Positions 52,800 through 62,996 of a DNA stretch of 64,000 bases are shown one piece after another. Position 1 is the stretch's first letter. The number at the start of each line of letters is the position of its first letter. The notes beneath the pieces are model-generated. The model searched no databases. It saw nothing but the letters and a program-made list of their open reading frames with translations, and was not told where the DNA came from. Origin of the DNA: Cyanidioschyzon merolae (lineage: Eukaryota); assembly GCA_000091205.1 (NCBI GenBank), contig AP006500.2. One strand, given 5' to 3'. Both the position numbers and the translations under genes were made by a program.

Positions 52800-54293
52800 T
52801 CAGGTTCCGTGGTGCGGCACATAGGTGAAGCCCTCAAAGACCTTGCCTGGAGTCTTCGTCCATGGGATGAGGTTTCCATCAAGCACGTTCAGTGCGTCCG
52901 TAGCAGACCGATTCGCTGGCGGCAGTGACGCCGTCGCCTGCATCCGCTCATGTGCTGCTTTCTGGAGCAATTTCGCACGAACTCTTTCCTCTTCCGCTGA
53001 GGTATCGAAAGTTGGAGCCTCGTCCGTAAACGATGTATCAAAGTTCTCCGTAGAATCCAGAGGCGCATCGCTGCGAACCGGCTGGAATGGTGCCGGAATC
53101 TTCCGCTGCATCAGCGCGTCCCAGTCCAGACCGCTGAAAAACGGGTGTCGTTTGATGGCGGCGGCACCGTTTGCCCCAGACCCAAGTCTCTTGGACGGAT
53201 CGCGCGTCAAGAGGCCTGCAATCAGGGAGCGCGCCTCCGGTGATACGTACTCTGGGAGCCGGAGCTCCGCTTTGAGAATTCGCTCCATCATCAAGTTCAC
53301 ATTTGTTGAGTAGAATGGCGGTAGGCCAGATATTAATTCGGCCATGAGGGTGCCCATGGCCCACCAGTCGACCGCAAACGAATGCCCTTGCGCGGTGATC
53401 ACCTCCGGCGCCAGGTACTCGACCGTTCCTACATACGTCATCGCTTTGTCCTGATTATCTTGAAGCAGTTTCGATAATCCGAAATCCGCCAATAAGACGT
53501 GGCCCTCACGGTCCAGTAAGACATTCTCTGGCTTCAGGTCACGATAAATAATATTCCGCGCGTGTAGATACTCGAGCGCGAGCGTAATCTCCGCAATGTA
53601 CACGCGCACCGTGCTCTCTGGAAAGCGTCCCTCGCGCTTCAGATGGAAAAACAGTTCACCGCCGCTGCAATAGTCCAGAACCAAGTACAGCTGATCTTCG
53701 GTTTGGAATGCGTAGCGCAGTGCTACGATGTATGGATGCTGAACGTTTCCCAGGATTAGCCGTTCCGCCATAGTATGCTCTATCTGGTTACGTGCCATAA
53801 TCGCTTTCTTCGATAGGATTTTCATTGCGAAGAGCTCCCCGGTGTCGCGCTTACGAACGAGCAGCACTTTTGCAAACGACCCACGTCCAAGGGTCTTCAA
53901 GGGCATAAAGTCCTCCCGGGTGACTCGGGCTTGTCCGAAAATCATTGACGATTTTTGTGGCGGAGACGAAGCGTTGAGTCCATACGCCGCTTGCGACAAG
54001 TCACGCGCCGCGCAGCACGGGCGTTCGGCGCGCGGTTTCCCGCCCGCCGCTGTGCCAGTGGCGCCTGGCTGACTGATGACGACCGGGGTCGGCGCCTCGA
54101 GCGGCTTACGTGTTCCACCAGCCTCCAGACCTGTACCCCGGTAGGCTTGGTCCCGCAACGACTCGTGGGAGGAGGTCTTCGGCTTCCGCGGGGCAGAACG
54201 TGCCGACTGTCCAGCGAGCTTACGCTGAATACGTGCGAGCTCACCACTACTCCTAGAGTGTCGGGCCTCTGAAGACGAAGGCTGGTTGCCCAT
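52800..54293 (-). CDS. AGC-family serine/threonine protein kinase (S6K/SGK/Akt-like) with N-myristoylation motif
   Basis: 497-aa ORF. It has GRGSFAKV...AMKIL, HRDLKPENVLLD, DFGLSK and TVEYLAPE. The C-terminal AGC tail carries the hydrophobic motif FEGFTYV. The N-terminus MGNQPSS fits the MGxxxS myristoylation consensus. Confidence 0.85.
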   Translation of the reverse strand: MGNQPSSSEARHSRSSGELARIQRKLAGQSARSAPRKPKTSSHESLRDQAYRGTGLEAGGTRKPLEAPTPVVISQPGATGTAAGGKPRAERPCCAARDLSQAAYGLNASSPPQKSSMIFGQARVTREDFMPLKTLGRGSFAKVLLVRKRDTGELFAMKILSKKAIMARNQIEHTMAERLILGNVQHPYIVALRYAFQTEDQLYLVLDYCSGGELFFHLKREGRFPESTVRVYIAEITLALEYLHARNIIYRDLKPENVLLDREGHVLLADFGLSKLLQDNQDKAMTYVGTVEYLAPEVITAQGHSFAVDWWAMGTLMAELISGLPPFYSTNVNLMMERILKAELRLPEYVSPEARSLIAGLLTRDPSKRLGSGANGAAAIKRHPFFSGLDWDALMQRKIPAPFQPVRSDAPLDSTENFDTSFTDEAPTFDTSAEEERVRAKLLQKAAHERMQATASLPPANRSATDALNVLDGNLIPWTKTPGKVFEGFTYVPHHGT

Positions 54294-55207
54294 TATACAA
54301 CCAGCCTTTGATCAGGCACAGGACGCACAGGAAAAGAGTCAAAAGCTGAAAACGTGCTCGATGGATAGGCGCAGCGGAATTTGTGCGCCAAACTTGTCTG
54401 GAAGGTACGGTGACGTGTTCGCATCACAGCTTGTCACGTGGCGGCGAAAACGGCGTGACAGATTGTAAATGGCCCGCCCAGTGTGTGCGCGATCACCGCT
54501 GTCTTGACATTCATGTAAAACTCAGTAAGAAACTGTATTTTTAGGATAAAAACGCGCCGAGATCAGGTTTCCCCGGCGGTGTCGGATCTCGTGTACCCGC
54601 CACGCGGCGCACGCATCCCGTGTATTTGCATGATTTTTTCTGTCTGGCATATCGTTGACGAGCGGATCAGGAATCCCTGATTGCGCGCTTGATAGCAGCG
54701 CGAGGTCAAACGTAAATGATTCCACAAATAAAGTCCAAGTTCCACGAGCCATACATTCACTCAGAGGTTCTGGTTATTTTTTACGCTCTATCGCGTGCCA
54801 AGTGCATGCAATGAGCGTCCGCAATGGCACCGAGAGCGCCGGTGCAGGCATTGCACGGAGAGAGAACGGCTCTGTTGGACAACTGGAGTCGTCGTTTCGT
54901 GGCCTACACCATGTACGCAGCGTACACTAGCACTTGCGCTCCGAGGTTGCCCTATTTTCCAGTTCGGACGACCTGGTCAAGCGCTGCCTGGCGAGCGCCA
55001 GTGGGACGATTTCGTGGATGAAGCGCCAAAATCGTTCAGTTCCATGTAGCAAGTTGGAATTGATCACATTCCGACGATAAGCGCACAATACCCCGCGGAC
55101 AGTACACACACACACACTCGATAGAACGCGAGTTCGGCGCCGTTGGAGCACACACCCTGTTGCGTGCTGTCCAGGCACGCAAACCGATAACATGAGCGCT
55201 CGGGGTA

Positions 55208-56188
55208 CTACACCAGTCGCAGGCTCGACAGCTTCTGGCGTTGTTTCATCGGGGTACGCTCATCCAGAAAAACGCATTCATGAATGTACAGAACTTGGTA
55301 CTGCACAGCCTGGAGATCCTGTAACGTCCATGCCCTGATCCGAGGCCGGCCGCAGCTCACGCCCTGGCTCGGGTCAATGAGCAGCAGGCAAGACTCATTT
55401 CGCCTCAGATCGATCTCAACGCCGATTACTGTAACCGAATGACCTGCATACTGGAAAAAAAGAGGCGGTATCCAGTCATTGCGTTTGCTTCCAGCATGAA
55501 CTGCTCGCGCGTTCGATACGTCACCATCGCTTGCTCTGGCGGTGCTGCGTCCGGACTGGCGGCAGACGATGCAACCGCCAGCTCGAGCGCATCGACGCAC
55601 GTAGTACTGTAGTGCCCAGCGCATGAGGGACTGGTGCCGGCTCTCGCGCTCGCTCTGAAACTGCGGGTCCGAGTCAACCAGCCGGACATCGATGCCCCAG
55701 TACCGCAGCAACGCGGCAGCATCGCTCGTCCCGATCCACTGGCGACTTCCGCGGAGAGGCTCGTAAAAGTGGCTTCTGTCCATTTCGTCAAATCCGCATG
55801 ACCAGGCGATTTCTAGCGCCTCCTGTATCGCCAGAACGTTTGGGACTTGACCTGTTCGCCAGGGCGTGGCTGGCGGCCCCTGGCCACTTGCCGAGTACGT
55901 GGCGTTGTGCGTCGTTTGGACCAAGCCTTTAACCAAAGCCGATAGCAACATCTGCAGGTTACGGTACCCGCAGTCCCAACCGTCTCCGTCAACCGTGGCC
56001 AAGTGGATGTCAAGTTCGGAGCACGCGTGCCGGGTCCTCCGAGGTCGCAGCATTCTTTCGATAGCGTACCGGTTGTCGCGTAAGCGCTCGCGGTCCTCCT
56101 GTGCTTGGTCCCATTGACTGAGCAGCAGCCTCGAAATACCTGATGCAAGGTGCGGCTCCGCACGTTCGAACGCCTCGCCGGCCAACAT
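55208..56188 (-). CDS. Peptidase C78-family cysteine protease (ZUFSP/UfSP-like, DUF1671)
   Basis: 326-aa ORF. The motif DGDGWDCGYRNLQMLLSAL resembles the catalytic-Cys block of ZUFSP/ZUP1-type peptidases (GWxCGYRNxQML). The C-terminal region ...IGVEIDLRRNESCLLLIDPS fits the fold. By-eye assignment only. Confidence 0.5.
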   Translation of the reverse strand: MLAGEAFERAEPHLASGISRLLLSQWDQAQEDRERLRDNRYAIERMLRPRRTRHACSELDIHLATVDGDGWDCGYRNLQMLLSALVKGLVQTTHNATYSASGQGPPATPWRTGQVPNVLAIQEALEIAWSCGFDEMDRSHFYEPLRGSRQWIGTSDAAALLRYWGIDVRLVDSDPQFQSERESRHQSLMRWALQYYVRRCARAGGCIVCRQSGRSTARASDGDVSNARAVHAGSKRNDWIPPLFFQYAGHSVTVIGVEIDLRRNESCLLLIDPSQGVSCGRPRIRAWTLQDLQAVQYQVLYIHECVFLDERTPMKQRQKLSSLRLV

Positions 56189-56554
56189 CGAGGCGCTTCT
56201 CTGCGCACAGCGCTGCTCAACAACCCGGCACCGTGTGAAACTCCATTCCGACGACGCTAGAACTCATGAATCCGGCCACAAACCTGAGACCGAATCCACG
56301 AAAAAGCGGCCCAGACGCTTTGGTACGCTGTTCAGCGAGCGCAGACGGAGACTAGATCCTCACGAGGTATAGCAGCACACCAGCGTTTTGCGGAAGCAGC
56401 CACTCCAACGTCAACACGAAATGCAACTGGTCCGCTCACGCCACACAGGCGTACGCGTTCATCTTCGGGTCTCTTACACCTGTTATCATCATCATCAACG
56501 CTTGCGGCTTTTGTTTCTGTGACGGCTGCCTGTTTCTGTGACTGATCACCGGCT

Positions 56555-57675
56555 TTAAATGGGCAGGTCTTTCGTGTTGCTCCAGCTCCGTTGCCGGCAG
56601 TCGAAAGACGGCGAAAGCAGGTCTAGTCCCGAATGGTCTGCTTTGCGTAGATGTCGACACATCCCGTGCACAAGTAGTTGCTGCGGTCGACGATTCGCTT
56701 CCCATGCTCATTTTCCTTGTATGCAGCATCGGTGCGCGAGTCGCAGCAGCAGTACTCGGCTGTGGTCAGGTGTTCTCATATGACCAATAGACTTGTTCCC
56801 CGTTTGAGAGCAGGTCTGTGGCGTACGAACACCTGCTTCGGCGCTCGTTGCGTACCCTTCACGGGCACCAAAGGCGTCAGTCGGTACCCGCTTCCATCAG
56901 CGAGCCCGGTGCCGTAGCCGCCGATCACTGGCCTCCGCTGGGGTATCCCGTCGACGAGTACAGTGACCGTTGCAAACGCGTACCCTGTTGCCTTCCACAG
57001 AGGATTTGTGGAACGCGATGTTCCATATAATGAAACGAGGAACGGAAGAAGAATCAAGGCCGGAGAACAAGTTGAGGAAACTCGATCCGTCTTGGCTTCT
57101 TTCATGCAGCGCAGTGAAGCATTCTTTATTGGAATCGATTGCTGGGATGGCTCAAGTCCGAGTCCAAGACCTTCGTCTGCGCAGGATTGAGGACACGACG
57201 CGGGCCCTGCTGGAGCTTATCGCGTAGCAGGCATCGCACTGCAGTCGAGACCAGTTTCGCCGATGACCCTGCAGCCAATACGTATTTCTCTTTCGAGCAC
57301 GAATCGGCTACTTGACTTGAAACGTTCAGTGAACATTCGGATGGAGCCTCTAAAAAGTCGCCAGGTAACAAAGTCGAGTTGCCTTGAAACCAGAGGATCA
57401 AAAACTTGAGGAATGCGTGATTCGAGCATGCGACACACGAGGAACTGAGCGGCCCGAAAGCGCATAGCTATGCGTTGCCTAAACCGGTCATTTATTTTAA
57501 CGAACCCTAGCTCAGGGGCGTTGCGATTTATGTCGACTCCCGAGACGTAACGAATTCCAGCTTCAGGAGTATCGAACAAATGTGTCCGACACACCATCTG
57601 AGGATCCTAAACCTCCATATGAATCCATAAGCCATCAGTACTGCACCTCGAGTCTCGAGGCTGCACATCTGAAAA
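56555..57675 (+). repeat. Dispersed repeat family, 5'-truncated copy D (diverged subfamily, same as copy C)
   Basis: It begins at the position equivalent to copy A about 32148 (tttaaatgggcaggtctttcgtg...). The core is about 97% identical to A/B (ORFs 56678..56917, 56776..57105, 56818..57030). The 3' part is identical to the copy C variant and ends at ...gctgcacatctgaaaa. Confidence 0.8.
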
Positions 57676-57886
57676 ACGTTTCGGGCGAAACCGAAGCACA
57701 ATAACAGTGCGAGCAGCCCAGTATTCCATTCTCAGATGCGATGGACTTGACGAGCGGCAGGCGTGCGCCTCGAAGTCGGAACTGTGAACGCAGCGCGCAC
57801 GCGTAAAGTCACCAGTAGCGGCACGAGCAAGAATACCACTAGCAAAACCAACATCAACATCAACAACAATAACAGCTTTTCTCAGT

Positions 57887-58633
57887 TTGACCGCATCGCA
57901 GCGAAATCGCCCTGTCGAAAGACGCTTCGAGACCTGTTCTCCTTCGTGTCCTCGGGGCGTAGCGGACGCGGAAGAATCTCGTAGGCACTTGCCGCAGATG
58001 AAAAGAAGCGGCCTTGTCGCAGACAAACACCAAAGTGCACGCGAAGAGGAAACGTCACTTGACTGGTGTGCCGAACAGCTTGCACAGCTCGGTCTGTCCG
58101 ATGCAAAAGACTTTATCGCAGAGTGCGTGTTTGCACTGGGCAGTGAGCAAGAGGTGCGAGCCTGTCTAGCTGCGCTGCTGCCTGAACAGTCGTCCGGGCT
58201 TGTGGACGCCCTCCTGAAGCACTGGCAAACCCTTCGGACGTCGGCGGACGCGAACAGCAAAGTCGCAGGCACAGCGGTGTCGTCCGAACCGCGCCAACGA
58301 GTCGAACCAGTTTCGTCGAAAAAGCTTTGCGAATGTGGCGGTTTGGAGCACACTCCCTGGAATAACTGTTTATGTTGTGGGAGAATTTCGTGTTTTTGGG
58401 AGCGTGCAACAGTGGAAGAAGCTGGCCGATGCCCCTTCTGCCAGACGCCCTTCCAGGCTGATCGAACGTTCATCGCCGAACGTGCGATGCAGCTTGCTGC
58501 TACAGCGTCGGAAACCCGCGCCCAGGACGACGACCCAGAAGCTCCTTGTTCACGACAAAACAGACGGCGACGACGAGGACAACAGCAACAACGACGGCAG
58601 ACGAGCTTTGCCTGCGAACGCTCACCTCGATGA
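57887..58633 (+). CDS. ASC-1/TRIP4-like protein: N-terminal ASC-1 domain plus zf-C2HC5 zinc finger, no ASCH domain
   Basis: LDWCAEQLAQLGLSDAKDFIAECVFALGSEQEVRACLAALL...VDALLKHWQ parallels the TRIP4 N-terminus (HWCTQQLRKTFGLDVSEEIIQYVLSIESAEEIREYVTDLL...FIEELITKWQ). The zf-C2HC5 pattern CECGGLEHTPWNNCLCCGRISC...CPFC is present. The likely start is the internal Met at about 57998. The longer antisense ORF 57607..58740 is rejected. Confidence 0.6.
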   Translation: MTASQRNRPVERRFETCSPSCPRGVADAEESRRHLPQMKRSGLVADKHQSAREEETSLDWCAEQLAQLGLSDAKDFIAECVFALGSEQEVRACLAALLPEQSSGLVDALLKHWQTLRTSADANSKVAGTAVSSEPRQRVEPVSSKKLCECGGLEHTPWNNCLCCGRISCFWERATVEEAGRCPFCQTPFQADRTFIAERAMQLAATASETRAQDDDPEAPCSRQNRRRRRGQQQQRRQTSFACERSPR

Positions 58634-59030
58634 GCCGGCTCGTAGGTGCGCGTGCGCGCCTCTCGAGCGTCTGCCCATGAGACAGACGCCACCGCTGCAC
58701 GTCGCACGGGCCTTTCGCTGCTGGCGCCTTTTCTGGGCAACCAGGCACTCTAGCCGTGTATCCACAGAGTGTCCACAAGTTGACAGAGCCGCAGCAGTCA
58801 TCGCCATGCGGATGACGTCTCCGGAGCTGCCCGCAATCCGATCCAGTTGCAAGGCACGGCTCATATCCGATGCGACGGTTCTCGGTACGGCCGTCTGCCA
58901 ACACAAACGCATGATCCGTAAAACTCGGCAAGGCCGGTTGCCGCGAACATACTTCAGAACTTGTCATCTACAAACCAATAAAGGGGCTGTATGGACGCGC
59001 CATTTTCACTGATGCGCTAGGCATCGCAGG

Positions 59031-60071
59031 CTACTGACTTTCATCGCCATCGCCGCCGATAACCCGCGGAACACGGAGCAGGTCATGCTCCCGTGCCGGA
59101 AACTGTGCCCGGATAGCCTCCCTGTCTCCAAACTCCGTCACGACATCGGGTCGAAGATCCCGCCACGACCGCGCGCTTGTCGGCGTCCAGACTGTCGATT
59201 CGGCCTCAGACTCGTCGGCGCTCTCAGCTAGCCGGAGCGTCTCCACAAACTGGAGCATCCCCTGGAACGCGGGAACCAGTGCTTCAAGCTCCTCCTCGGA
59301 GTACTCCAGGTTTGCAAGTCGTGCCGTACGCTCAACAAGTGACCGATCAACGCGCACTGCCGACACTTGCGGGCTCGTTTTCGGTTCATCGCCGTCGCTG
59401 CTGCCAGACGCTCGCGCACAGAGACACCGCTGCTGCCGCCTCGACCTCGATGCGGCAGCGTGTTGAAGCCACTGGTGCGGCAACTGGCGTGCAACCCGAG
59501 TTTCAGTTCCCCCGTGACGCCAACGAAGCAGCCACTGCACTGCATGGCGTTGAGCGACTACGCTTGCGAAACCGGTGCCCGTCATGAAACGAGTCGCTGC
59601 TTGTGAACCTGGCACTTGCGAAACCAACACCTGGCGGCTTGTAAGCAACGCGTGACGCTGCGGGGCGTCATGAGCTTGGGTCACTGACACCAAGACGTGG
59701 ATGTACTTGAGACATTTATGGATTCTACGGACAGGGGCGCGTCGCTGCCTGGAAGCGCCCGCTCGACACACAAAGCGGCCTTGGGCGGCTCCGGAGGGCG
59801 CTTCCCGCAACAGGACGCTCGCTGCTGCCGAAGCACACCCGGTGACCAGGGTTTGGGCTTCGCCACCTCTACATCCGCTTCCGTGTTCTGGGTTGAAAGC
59901 ACCGCCAGCATCACGCGTTGGAGCACTGAGGCTACGACCGGTCCCGGAGCAAGCCCGGGCTAGGCAGCGGTGTCCTGGACGGTGTCGACGTGGCCGACTC
60001 GCAGCGTTCGTGGCGCAGGTACCGCGTGCCGAGCCATGACGAGTGCTGCGGCTGGCAACCATTCCCCGCAC
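59031..60071 (-). CDS. Glu-tRNA(Gln) amidotransferase subunit C (GatC)-like, organellar, with long low-complexity N-terminal extension
   Basis: The C-terminal 95 aa (EEELEALVPAFQGMLQFVETLRL...WRDLRPDVVTEFGDREAIRAQFPAREHDLLRVPRVI) fit the GatC consensus (...L..Vdt......R.D.v....re..L.nAP......f.VPkVi). The true start is probably downstream (for example Met163, nt about 59585). The upstream part of the ORF overlaps the RPAC2 5' region. Confidence 0.5.
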   Translation of the reverse strand: MRGMVASRSTRHGSARGTCATNAASRPRRHRPGHRCLARACSGTGRSLSAPTRDAGGAFNPEHGSGCRGGEAQTLVTGCASAAASVLLREAPSGAAQGRFVCRAGASRQRRAPVRRIHKCLKYIHVLVSVTQAHDAPQRHALLTSRQVLVSQVPGSQAATRFMTGTGFASVVAQRHAVQWLLRWRHGGTETRVARQLPHQWLQHAAASRSRRQQRCLCARASGSSDGDEPKTSPQVSAVRVDRSLVERTARLANLEYSEEELEALVPAFQGMLQFVETLRLAESADESEAESTVWTPTSARSWRDLRPDVVTEFGDREAIRAQFPAREHDLLRVPRVIGGDGDESQ

Positions 60072-60389
60072 AGCGGTGACGCTAGTCTAGAGCTAGACGG
60101 AAAAGACGTCCACATCCAAGAAAACGCCGATCGAACCGAGCTCGTGCTGACACTACGGGGAGAAGGGCACACGCTGGGAAACGCGCTGCGCTACATGCTC
60201 ACTCGGGAGCCAGGTGTGCAGCAGGTAGGCTATACGATACCGCACCCGTCCGAGGACTGTTTGAAACTGTACGTTGTGAGTAAACCAGGTTCGCGGGCAC
60301 TCGATTCTGTGAAGCTTGCCCTGTTTCACCTCACGCAGCTATGTGATATAGTTGGCGAAAAATATGAAGAAGCGTTCATGAAAACTTGA
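59970..60389 (+). CDS. RNA polymerase subunit of the Rpb11/AC19 (RPAC2) family
   Basis: TELVLTLRGEGHTLGNALRYMLTREPGVQQVGYTIPHPSEDCLKLYVVSKPGSRALDSVKLALFHLTQLCDIVGEKYEEAF matches the RBP11-like dimerisation fold (EDHTLGN...V.F.GY..PHP...). The likely start is the internal Met at about 60036, giving about 117 aa. Confidence 0.7.
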   Translation: MSWTVSTWPTRSVRGAGTACRAMTSAAAGNHSPHSGDASLELDGKDVHIQENADRTELVLTLRGEGHTLGNALRYMLTREPGVQQVGYTIPHPSEDCLKLYVVSKPGSRALDSVKLALFHLTQLCDIVGEKYEEAFMKT

Positions 60390-61354
60390 GCCGAAGCAAC
60401 GTTTCACCTAGGGCGCCGAAGTGTCCAGGGCGCCTGTTCATTCCGAGAGAGGGCGCAGCACGCTCGCTTGACAGCAAGCCCTGTACGGACCTCATCCGCG
60501 AACTGAACGTATAATCGAGTCGAGGCTCGTAGGGCGGGCGTTACGTTCACTGCACGTGGCTCCAGCTGAGCCTCGCTGCCGGTCGGGGACGCGACGCTGA
60601 CCATAGACACGTTCTCACTGCAGATGCTTCCGTTTTGTGCCCGAATTCCGGTAAGCAGACCGTGCTGGAAGCGTGGGTCTCATCGTCGAGAAGAAGAGGA
60701 ACCCTTCGTATGCATCTCTCACCCAAGCGGGGCAGCTGCTGCCCAGGCCCGCATGTCATTGGGATCAACGTCAGGCACCGAAGATCATCCGGCACCGATC
60801 GTCATAGAGCACGGTCCAGGAGATCGCCAACCGATTTCGTAGCGGTATTGCTCTCTCGGCAAAGATTTACTTTGGTGTGCACGATTCGGCAGCGCGATGC
60901 ACTGCATACAAGTCGTGACCGGTATCCACGCGCGCATACCACGGCACTATCCAAGTCGTCGCTCAGGCGCGACATCAACTTGACTACCCGACGAACCTTG
61001 CGTCCCGTACACCAGTATGCTCGGTCGCGTGTCCGGAGAATGATTCAGGTTTGCGGTTGCGAAGAGCGTCCAAGGTAGTGATTGAATACGTATGGGGAGA
61101 AACGCGAAACATATCGACGGCAATCAACGATTCCCTAAACAATCCACAACACCAGTGATCTGGCGGGCGCCTCTACTTTCGATGAGGCTATTTTGTCGGT
61201 GATCACGCCCAAAACTGAAGCTGCACGCACGCCAGCCTAAACTAAACGACAGAGGCAGCGTCTGTGCAAACTCGAGCGCTCTGTTGCGTGATGCGGGGTC
61301 CAGGCTCGATCGTTGCGGACTAGGTGCGGAACCTCGGGTAGCTCGGGCCACTAT

Positions 61355-61714
61355 CACGTTCTTCGCGCTTGCAGCATCTTCTTCAGCCGCATGCTTCTTC
61401 TTCCGCCAACACATGCCGTACAGCTGCGAGCACCGCTGGATACACACGTTCTTCGCGCTTGCAGCATCTTCTTCAGCCGCATGCTTCTTCGTCTGCCAAC
61501 ACATGCCGTACAGCTGCGAGCACCGCTGGATACACACGTTCTTCGCGCTTGCAGCATCTTCCTCAGCCGCATGCTTCTTCTTCCGCCAACACATGCCGTA
61601 CAGCTGCGAGCACCGCTGGATACACACGTTCTTCGCGCTTGCAGCATCTTCTTCAGCCGCATGCTTCTTCTTCCGCCAACACATGCCGTACAGCTGCGAG
61701 CACCGCTGGATGCA
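61355..61714. repeat. Tandem repeat, 90-bp unit x4
   Basis: Units start at 61355, 61445, 61535 and 61625 (cacgttcttcgcgcttgcagcatcttcttcagccgcatgcttcttcttccgccaacacatgccgtacagctgcgagcaccgctggatacaca). The last unit overlaps the stop of the SAL1-like gene. In another minus-strand frame it encodes a repeated 30-aa peptide (ORF 61124..61735). Confidence 0.9.
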
Positions 61715-62996
61715 TATGGCCGTTCGTCGCAACAATACCTCGAACGTTCAACAGCTTTCGGCCTCGGCTGAAATCCAGTTCGTTTCCGAACGCATCGGTA
61801 ACGAGACCGCCGGCCTCCTTAAGCACGACAGCACCCGCAGCATGATCCCATATGTTTTCAACATAGTCGACGCGAGGAAAGCGCAAGAACACGCACGCTT
61901 CTCCGCGTGATAACAAACCGTACTTGCATTGACTATCGACTCCAAGACGTTGCCGAATACCAAGAATTCGAATTATCTTCCCAGTCAGGGTGTGCGAAGA
62001 ATGCCCCCGTTCCACGGACTCTGCCATAATGGCCCAGGACGGGTCCGCGTTACCGTTGACGTGGATCTGGCGGGGCAGCGCTTGTCCGGGATCCTGCACG
62101 AGTGACTTCATAAAGGCGCCAGCACCGCGAGCGGCGAAAAAGACACAGCCATCCGGTCCGTTCACGATCGTTAGACATTTTTCATCCGCTGCACCTTGGG
62201 TGTACGTGGATACCACCCGCTCCGCCTCCTGGGCTGCGCTCAAGTTGGGGCAACCGAGGACCCCGAGCTCCGCGCTCCCGTCGACCAGCAAAGCCAACGC
62301 GATACAAAACTGCTGGTTACGAAGGAAGCCCTTGGTCCCATCGACCGGATCGAGGACCCAGATGCGTCCCTGTGCACCGCCAGCGTCGGCACCGAGGTCG
62401 ATGGATGCCCGAACGCGCTCCTCGACGCCGTGTCTCGCGTGCTGGGCAAGCCAGGACCGGATACCATGCTCCATCGCTGCATCACGAATGCTCCCCGAAG
62501 TCTCTTCCGCAACAAACCGATCCTGCGGGAAGACAGCGTGCAACTCCCCGAGAATCAACGCTTGAACTGCCAAGTCCGCTATGGTTACCGGTGAAGCGTC
62601 CGCTTTCGCAACCGTGGTCGCCTGGTTCGTGCTCGCACCAGCGTCGCAGTAGTGTCGCTGGATCTCTCGTGCCATGCGCGATGCCCGCCCTACAACGTCC
62701 ACAGCACACTCGAGCTCGTGCCGAAGGCGGTGTCCTACGAAGAGTGACCAACTCATGGTGAGGATCTCGGTTAAAGTCGACCGTCCGCGTGGTGCTACGC
62801 CAGCGCCGGACCACCGGTCGCGACAACGCTTGACCGCTACGCGTCCGGCGTCTGCGCACCCGCCCTGGATATTGATGAAAAAGTGACGACTGCTGGGAAA
62901 CTGACAATGTGGATATTGCCAGCTTATTACGGATGCAGATATGCCCGCGTGGTCGATAATGCTCACGTGCACTCGGGGATCACCGGGTACCGTCAC
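61653..62996 (-). CDS. SAL1: 3'(2'),5'-bisphosphate nucleotidase (SAL1/HAL2, inositol monophosphatase superfamily) with N-terminal extension
   Basis: 447-aa ORF. IWVLDPVDGTKGFLRNQQFCIALALLVDGSAELGVLGCPNL matches the HAL2/SAL1 metal-binding block (WVLDPIDGTKGFLRG.QYAV.LALI..G.V.LGV.GCPNLP). WDHAAGAVVLKEAGGLVTDAFGNELDF matches the C-terminal IMPase motif. The N-terminal extension of about 80 aa may be an organelle presequence. Confidence 0.8.
   Translation of the reverse strand: MTVPGDPRVHVSIIDHAGISASVISWQYPHCQFPSSRHFFINIQGGCADAGRVAVKRCRDRWSGAGVAPRGRSTLTEILTMSWSLFVGHRLRHELECAVDVVGRASRMAREIQRHYCDAGASTNQATTVAKADASPVTIADLAVQALILGELHAVFPQDRFVAEETSGSIRDAAMEHGIRSWLAQHARHGVEERVRASIDLGADAGGAQGRIWVLDPVDGTKGFLRNQQFCIALALLVDGSAELGVLGCPNLSAAQEAERVVSTYTQGAADEKCLTIVNGPDGCVFFAARGAGAFMKSLVQDPGQALPRQIHVNGNADPSWAIMAESVERGHSSHTLTGKIIRILGIRQRLGVDSQCKYGLLSRGEACVFLRFPRVDYVENIWDHAAGAVVLKEAGGLVTDAFGNELDFSRGRKLLNVRGIVATNGHMHPAVLAAVRHVLAEEEACG

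Noticed and set aside
57607-58740. 377-aa minus-strand ORF, longer than the plus-strand ASC-1-like ORF it overlaps
   Set aside because: Its composition is Arg/Ser/Cys-rich and motif-free, typical of an antisense shadow of GC-rich coding sequence. The plus-strand frame carries a recognisable TRIP4 N-domain and zf-C2HC5.
61124-61735. 203-aa ORF encoding four 30-aa repeats, considered as a repeat-protein gene
   Set aside because: It is entirely the translation of the 90-bp tandem repeat, in a different frame from and overlapping the SAL1 stop. It is treated as a repeat, not a gene.
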